From positions 248,001 through 312,000 of the forward strand of contig OZ374562.1 in assembly GCA_977862235.1 (NCBI GenBank): a stretch of DNA of 64,000 nt, read 5' to 3'. Each line of letters starts with the position of its first letter. The stretch's first letter is position 1. The notes beneath the pieces are model-generated. The model was given only the letters and a program-made list of their open reading frames with translations. It made no database searches and was not told where the DNA came from. Below, in pieces: positions 58,660 through 64,000 of this stretch. Source of the stretch: Dudresnaya verticillata (taxonomy: Eukaryota). The position numbers and the translations under genes are program-made.

Positions 58660-59028
58660 TGCAGTGGGAGTGGGTATGGGGTGGTCATGGGCGGAACCGA
58701 ACTGGAGCGCAGCTGCGAAGTCTTTAAAAGGTGTCCGGTGTGAGTCGCATAGAAAGGATCAACGTCGGCGGGAGGGGGGTGGATCAAATTCCCCATCAAA
58801 TTCGCAGAATTTGAGGTGAGCGCCGGTCAGCGTCTGCCTCATCCTGCTCCTACCCCCTGCTACGAATGGCGTGCTACGCAACACGGCACAACAGTGACCT
58901 CGTATTGTCCTCCCAACAACGCGCCCCCAAGTCGCTCTACCCACCTTTGTTCCCGTCTGGGAGATTTTTGAAGTTGCCGAACGCATTCTTCACTGCTCCC
59001 TATCCGTCACGCCGTTGTTCACTCCGCA

Positions 59029-59751
59029 ATGCCGTCTAGAATGAGTCCGGCCTTCCTCACCGGCACCCCACTGCGCCTTACGATTCCAGTCCGCCGCTAC
59101 AGATCATCCCCAAACAATCTCCCACGTTCCTGCGCACGACCTGCAACACCACCTCGTGGCAACTCGTTGGTTCTAGTAGGCCTAGGGAACCCTGGTCCGC
59201 GGTTCGCGAACACGCGGCACAACATCGGTTTTGAGGTAGCAGATCTATTCGTGGCGCGCAACGGCGGCTCCTTCAGTACGGAAAAGAAGCTGCAGGCGGA
59301 AGTGGCACGCACAGAACTAGCAGGGTGCACTGTGCATGTCGTCAAACCGCGCACCTTCATGAACCTATCTGGCAGCTCTGTTCGCTCTGCGCTCAAATGG
59401 TTTAATGCCCCGCCTGCCGCGCTCATCGTCGTTGCGGATGATATGAGCCTTGAAGTTGGCCGTGTTCGTCTGCGTGCACGTGGGAGCGCTGGAGGCCATA
59501 ACGGGCTCAAGAGTGTCGAAAGTGCACTTGGCAGCCGGGAGTACGCTCGGTTGAAAGTTGGGGTGGGGAGCCCACGGCTTGGCGCTGAAGAGTGGAAGGA
59601 CCATGTGTTGGGTAAGTTTTCGAAGGGCGAGAGGGCCGCGCTCGAGGACGTCCTACTGGACTGTACCGAGGTGCTCGAGTTTTGGGCCGGAGAGCCACAG
59701 CTTGATCGTGTTATCAGTCGCGTGGGTGCCATCACTGGTGGGAAGAGATAG
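59029..59751 (+). CDS. pth: Peptidyl-tRNA hydrolase (bacterial-type Pth/CRS2 family), organelle-targeted
   Basis: VGLGNPG, TRHNIGF, KPRTFMNLSG, GSAGGHNGLKS, HVLGKF; N-terminal SPAFLTG transit-peptide-like extension. Confidence 0.93.
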   Translation: MPSRMSPAFLTGTPLRLTIPVRRYRSSPNNLPRSCARPATPPRGNSLVLVGLGNPGPRFANTRHNIGFEVADLFVARNGGSFSTEKKLQAEVARTELAGCTVHVVKPRTFMNLSGSSVRSALKWFNAPPAALIVVADDMSLEVGRVRLRARGSAGGHNGLKSVESALGSREYARLKVGVGSPRLGAEEWKDHVLGKFSKGERAALEDVLLDCTEVLEFWAGEPQLDRVISRVGAITGGKR

Positions 59752-59912
59752 CGAGACACACAACATGCGGACGTTTATTGTTTGGGAGGGATAATCTGTT
59801 CGCACCCTTCCGGTCTCTCCATTCAGTTGATTCAGACGAGCGCGTGAGGTGTTTTCCAAAGCAGTTCAGTATGCACTGCGATCGGGATGCACATTTCGCT
59901 CAGTTTTTGGAG

Positions 59913-61007
59913 CTATTCCGCGGGAGCCTCATCCTTCTTCACATGGTTATAGTGAATCTCTGAGCAGGCAGCCAGCCTAGCAGCAGCCTGCTCAGCGGTA
60001 AGATCACGTTGGGCCTCTCCGAGCATTTCAAAGCCGACCATGAATTTGCGCACGGTAGCACTGCGGAGCAGTGGCGGGTAAAAGTGCATGTGGAAATGGG
60101 CATAGGGGTGGGCAGCCGGGTCGGTGCCGTCCTCAGTGGTGGCCTGATGGATGCCCATGGAGTACGGGAACAGAGTGGTGAACAAGTTATCGTACCTCGC
60201 GGTGACGCGGCGGTAAATGTCGGCCAGGTCGGCCTTCATCTCCGGGGTGAAGTTAAGTAGGCACGGGACGCGAGTCTTCGTCAGGACGAGGATCTCGAAC
60301 GGCCACACAGCCCAGAACGGGACGACAGCCAGGAAGGTGTCATTCTGGCAGACAATGCGGATGTTCTCGCGAATCTCGAGCGCAGCGTAGTCCTCCAACA
60401 TGTGGGTGCCTTTGGCCTTGTGGTACTTCTCAAGGTTGCGGAGCGCGCGGGCCGGCTCCTCGGGGACGAACTCCGAAGACCAGATCTGACCGTGCGGATG
60501 TGGGTTAGAACAGCCCATCATCTGGCCCTTGTTCTCGAAGATCTGGATGTGGTTGATGTAGGGCAGCTTGCGCAGGGACTCATACTCATCGACCCAGGCG
60601 TCGACGACGTGCTTGAGATCTTCAACGGTCATCTCAGCGACGGTGAGGTTGAGCTTTGGGGAGAAGCAGACGACGCGGCACTTGCCGCGCACGGCCTTGG
60701 CTACGAGGAGGTCGCCCGCGTCGGGATCGCCGACTTCGCCGTGCGGGGTGTCGGCCAGGAGGGCCTGGAAGTCGTTGTCGAAGACAAAGGTGGTGTCGTA
60801 GGCCGGGTTTTGCACTGTGCCGTTGACGCGGAAGTTTCCCGGACCGAGGTAGTCCTTTGGATCGTACTCTGGGCGGTCATCCGACGGGCGGTCCTCCACA
60901 GAGCCCTGCCACGGGCGCTTGGCGCGGTGCGGCGAGCATAGGACCCAGTGGCCGGACAGCGGGTTGTAGCGGCGGTGCGGGTGCTCGGTGTAGTCGAACG
61001 ACGCCAT
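59913..61007 (-). CDS. GALT: Galactose-1-phosphate uridylyltransferase (class I)
   Basis: HRRYNPLSGHWVLCSPHRAKRPWQG, FENKGQMMGCSNPHPHGQ active site, PPLLRSATVRKFMVGFEM, QRDLTAEQAA. Confidence 0.96.
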   Translation of the reverse strand: MASFDYTEHPHRRYNPLSGHWVLCSPHRAKRPWQGSVEDRPSDDRPEYDPKDYLGPGNFRVNGTVQNPAYDTTFVFDNDFQALLADTPHGEVGDPDAGDLLVAKAVRGKCRVVCFSPKLNLTVAEMTVEDLKHVVDAWVDEYESLRKLPYINHIQIFENKGQMMGCSNPHPHGQIWSSEFVPEEPARALRNLEKYHKAKGTHMLEDYAALEIRENIRIVCQNDTFLAVVPFWAVWPFEILVLTKTRVPCLLNFTPEMKADLADIYRRVTARYDNLFTTLFPYSMGIHQATTEDGTDPAAHPYAHFHMHFYPPLLRSATVRKFMVGFEMLGEAQRDLTAEQAAARLAACSEIHYNHVKKDEAPAE

Positions 61008-61804
61008 GGTTACGGGTGTGCGGGGCGGGGCGCGGGATGCGAGGGGGAGGGGGGTGGGCGTCGCTGGCGACGGGGGGGGGTGATATGGTCGGGCGATGCG
61101 ATGCTTTGGTTTTGGTTTGGAGAATCTTGGGATCGGGATCCGGCAGATTCGTTTTTTAAGGGAGAAAATATGGGCATAAGTAATGGCGCTTTTAGGTGTC
61201 AGGATGTGTGATGACGTCACGCAGTCGCACTCTACTCGCTCCGCACTCGCCGTGTGGATTGCATCGGATTGCACGACGAGGCGAGCAGGCTCCGCGAGCA
61301 ATCTCCATTCCCGTGATTCTGCTCCTGCTCGCCAACGGGCCTTCCCCCGCAAGAAGCACTCCCTCGTGCGATATCCTTCGTACTATACTGTACCGCTGCG
61401 TTCCAGGACGCAATGCAAATCAGAACAAACCGGCATTTGGTAGACGCCTCCTACGGTATCCGCTTTTGGAAGGACAAACTCTCTTCAGCCGCGGAGTCGC
61501 AACGTCCATAGCGTCGTAGTCCGAACATTCTGCAGCACTACAAACATGCTCGTAGAACCGAAAATGTGTTGAGCAATGCTTCCAGCTGCTCTCCATTTGG
61601 CCGTTATTGTTGTGCTCGTTGAGCTCACATTACAGCCCCAACCCGGCTATCCAACTGTAAGCTGAGCCCACCTGCCATCCCCTCCGCGCCCCAATTCCAT
61701 CGAAGCACCTCCTCCTCCGTCATTGCTTTCCAGCCGCATCAATAGATCTATACCACCGTCTCCATCTTCCGCACCGAAGCCCACCCTACCCAACCTCCCC
61801 CGCA

Positions 61805-62710
61805 ATGACGCAAGGCGAAATCCATCCCCACGCAGTGGAACCCATGGCACCGCGGGGCTCGGAGCACTGGAGCGAGCGCATCCCGCAGCTGCAGCACGAA
61901 ATCGCCACGCTCACCGGCCTGCTAGCGGCCCTGTCAACGGAGGAGCACGACGCGCAGGAGCAGCTGCAGTCGCTCACGTACGCCACCGACCTCACCAAGG
62001 GCGAGGCCCAGCGCCGCGCCCGCGCCAACTCGGAGCTGTCCACCGTGTACGCAGACCCGCCGCCGGAGGACCCGGAAGCCGCGCAGCTCCGCCAGGTCCA
62101 GCTGCTCGAGGGCCAGCTGCTCAACGCAAAGCGCGACGCCGCTACCCTCACCTTCGATGTCGAGCAGCTCGACTTCCGTCTCAAGCGCCTCCGCGAGAAG
62201 GTCCCTGACGCCCGCCACGCGCTCAAGTCGGGTCTGCATGGGCCCGTCTCGCCCGCCTCCCCGGTCCTGCCGTCGCCGCAGCTTTCGTCGTTCGCGTCGA
62301 GGAATTCTTCCTCCATTAAGACGTCCCCGCTATCCCGGCCATCAAGGCTTATTGGAGATGTTGACTCCTTGGTCTCGTTTGGGGAAGACCCTGCCGTGGA
62401 GGGCGAAGGCGCGGACGGCTATGCACCATGCAGACTGGGTGTTGGCACTAGCGGCCAGATGGCGCTCTACTCGTACGCTAGCGCTATGCCGTTGCTCTAT
62501 CTGGATGACCGCAGCGCCAAGATGGAGGTGCTTACGGAACGCGATTCGGAGGCCCTGCGGAAAAGTATGAACAGTGTCGATTTACAGATAGCAGGCACCA
62601 AGTACGAGCTGTGCGGGCTGAAAGAGTCAGTTGCAGCGTCACTGCAACTCATCCAAGACGCCAGCCAGCTGCTTAAGACCGATGACGAAGAAATACAGCC
62701 GCAAGCATGA
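61805..62710 (+). CDS. Hypothetical coiled-coil protein (301 aa)
   Basis: Long ORF with heptad-like N-terminal half, Ser/Pro linker and a possible small beta-rich C-terminal domain; no family recognised. Confidence 0.65.
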   Translation: MTQGEIHPHAVEPMAPRGSEHWSERIPQLQHEIATLTGLLAALSTEEHDAQEQLQSLTYATDLTKGEAQRRARANSELSTVYADPPPEDPEAAQLRQVQLLEGQLLNAKRDAATLTFDVEQLDFRLKRLREKVPDARHALKSGLHGPVSPASPVLPSPQLSSFASRNSSSIKTSPLSRPSRLIGDVDSLVSFGEDPAVEGEGADGYAPCRLGVGTSGQMALYSYASAMPLLYLDDRSAKMEVLTERDSEALRKSMNSVDLQIAGTKYELCGLKESVAASLQLIQDASQLLKTDDEEIQPQA

Positions 62711-62863
62711 GAATGCTTGCTCTACGCGAAACGTCGTCATGGGCGTCCCCGCGAAGGGGCACGTCTGGTGGTGTCTTGTAGTACAGGTTCTAGTATAGTA
62801 CAGAGGGGAATATCCCTTTCGAGGAAAACATATGGAAGCAGGCTCCACAAACAGCTACCCTCG

Positions 62864-63496
62864 CTAAAGCGCGGCAACGTCTTCACATCTTTCCGGATAC
62901 GCCATCTGCGTGGCGAGGTGCAAAAACATGGGGTCGATCGGGTCGACAAACGCGTAGTGCACGTCCGTCGGAACAAGCGTCTCGTCCACAGCCTTCCGAA
63001 GCGCTCTGGTATCTCTCGCCACACGGTCAGGGTCCGCAAGCAAGCTATGCAACTCGCCACAAAGACGGTCATTCATGGAGCTGTCGAGCATCTCTATCCG
63101 GAACTCCATAGGCTTACCAGGCGCGACGAAAACGGGGGAAGGCCCGAGCGCGGTGTGCTCGACGTCAGCAGGCACGAGCACACCGGCCAGGTGCTTGGCG
63201 TCGAAGAACGGGCGCCGGATGTGCAAGCGGTCCTTGCGCAGCCACACGAGCGGTATGGATAGGCTGTGCGGGGCGGTGGGGGCGGCGCGCGGCTCCAGCG
63301 TGAAGACCAGGCGGCACGTGGACAGGTAGGCGTGGCCATGGCCGTAGAAGGCCGCTAGGGACGCCCACCCCGACCCGCCAGACTCGGCCGCGCCTAGGAA
63401 AAACTTGACGTCCGTCCACGTCGAGAGGAAGGTCTCGCCCGGGTACGGCAGCGGCGCTGGGGGCGCGGACGCGCGCCGGAGGGCTTCCGGGTCCAT
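62864..63496 (-). CDS. WBP2-like PH-GRAM domain protein
   Basis: GHAYLSTCRLVF...SLSIPL...IRRPFFDAKHLAG and AFVDPIDP resemble the WBP2/UPF0664 pattern. Confidence 0.65.
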   Translation of the reverse strand: MDPEALRRASAPPAPLPYPGETFLSTWTDVKFFLGAAESGGSGWASLAAFYGHGHAYLSTCRLVFTLEPRAAPTAPHSLSIPLVWLRKDRLHIRRPFFDAKHLAGVLVPADVEHTALGPSPVFVAPGKPMEFRIEMLDSSMNDRLCGELHSLLADPDRVARDTRALRKAVDETLVPTDVHYAFVDPIDPMFLHLATQMAYPERCEDVAAL

Positions 63497-64000
63497 GGGG
63501 GCTGAGCGCGACTGTTCTGCAGCGCAGCAGGGCCTCTAAGGACGGAGCGGACTCGAGTTGCAGCGGTTCCCTACGTGCGGTGCTGGAGCTGGCGCTTGAG
63601 CCGCAGATATGTGATGGACGGGCGCAGAGCACGTTTGCGGAGATAGCGGTGGAGGATTACGGTTGTTTTGCTTGCTGGTGCGGGATTGGTCGTTCTGAAG
63701 AAGAGTTGCGTGCCAAAAGAGCACAGCACGCAAAAGATCTCTGATTGATCTCGGAACGACAGGCGCCGCGGTCCAACGGGCGAGAGAGTCCCAACGGCCT
63801 ACGACGGATGCGGTCTGTGCAGTCTGTTGGGCGGAATCTGCAAGGCGGGTTTGCACGTCAGCGTAGGCCCCATGGGGGCTGTTCTTGACAACGAGGCAAG
63901 CTGTCTGTCACACACCGAAGCTGCGATGCACGTCAAGCAGCCGGGGCCTGCTTGAAGCCACGCCTCCGCGGGCTCGGCGCTGCACGACCGCAGCCCAACC

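Overview
Eukaryotic nuclear DNA, gene-dense and mostly intron-poor. The short GT-AG introns with CTRAC branch points and the plastid/thylakoid-targeted proteins fit a florideophyte red alga (Chondrus/Gracilaria-like; an inference from gene content and style). About 26 protein-coding genes can be supported. They include ATR kinase (5'-truncated), a purple acid phosphatase, a GATA factor, OSBP, a SNARE, mL46, an RmlD-like SDR, a lysophospholipase, a bestrophin-like channel, a thylakoid cyclophilin-like protein, a peroxisomal enoyl-CoA isomerase, OS-9, a SUT/SLC45-like sugar transporter, REC8-type kleisin, a CBM48 protein, SURF4, adenylate kinase, GPN1, Pth, GALT and a WBP2-like protein. Most notable: (1) an intronless 64-aa gene resembling the bacterial/viral Hc1 'histone H1-like' family (GNKAAGTRARK motif) among ordinary nuclear genes; (2) hand-reconstructed 4-nt and 12-nt microexons that restore conserved motifs in the sugar transporter and the cyclophilin; (3) a ~6.5-kb very GC-rich block with Z-DNA/G4-prone microsatellites around an unrecognised Cys/His zinc-finger-like protein and a membrane-anchored CBM48 protein. 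Splice models were built by eye and family calls come from recalled motifs; no database searches were run.
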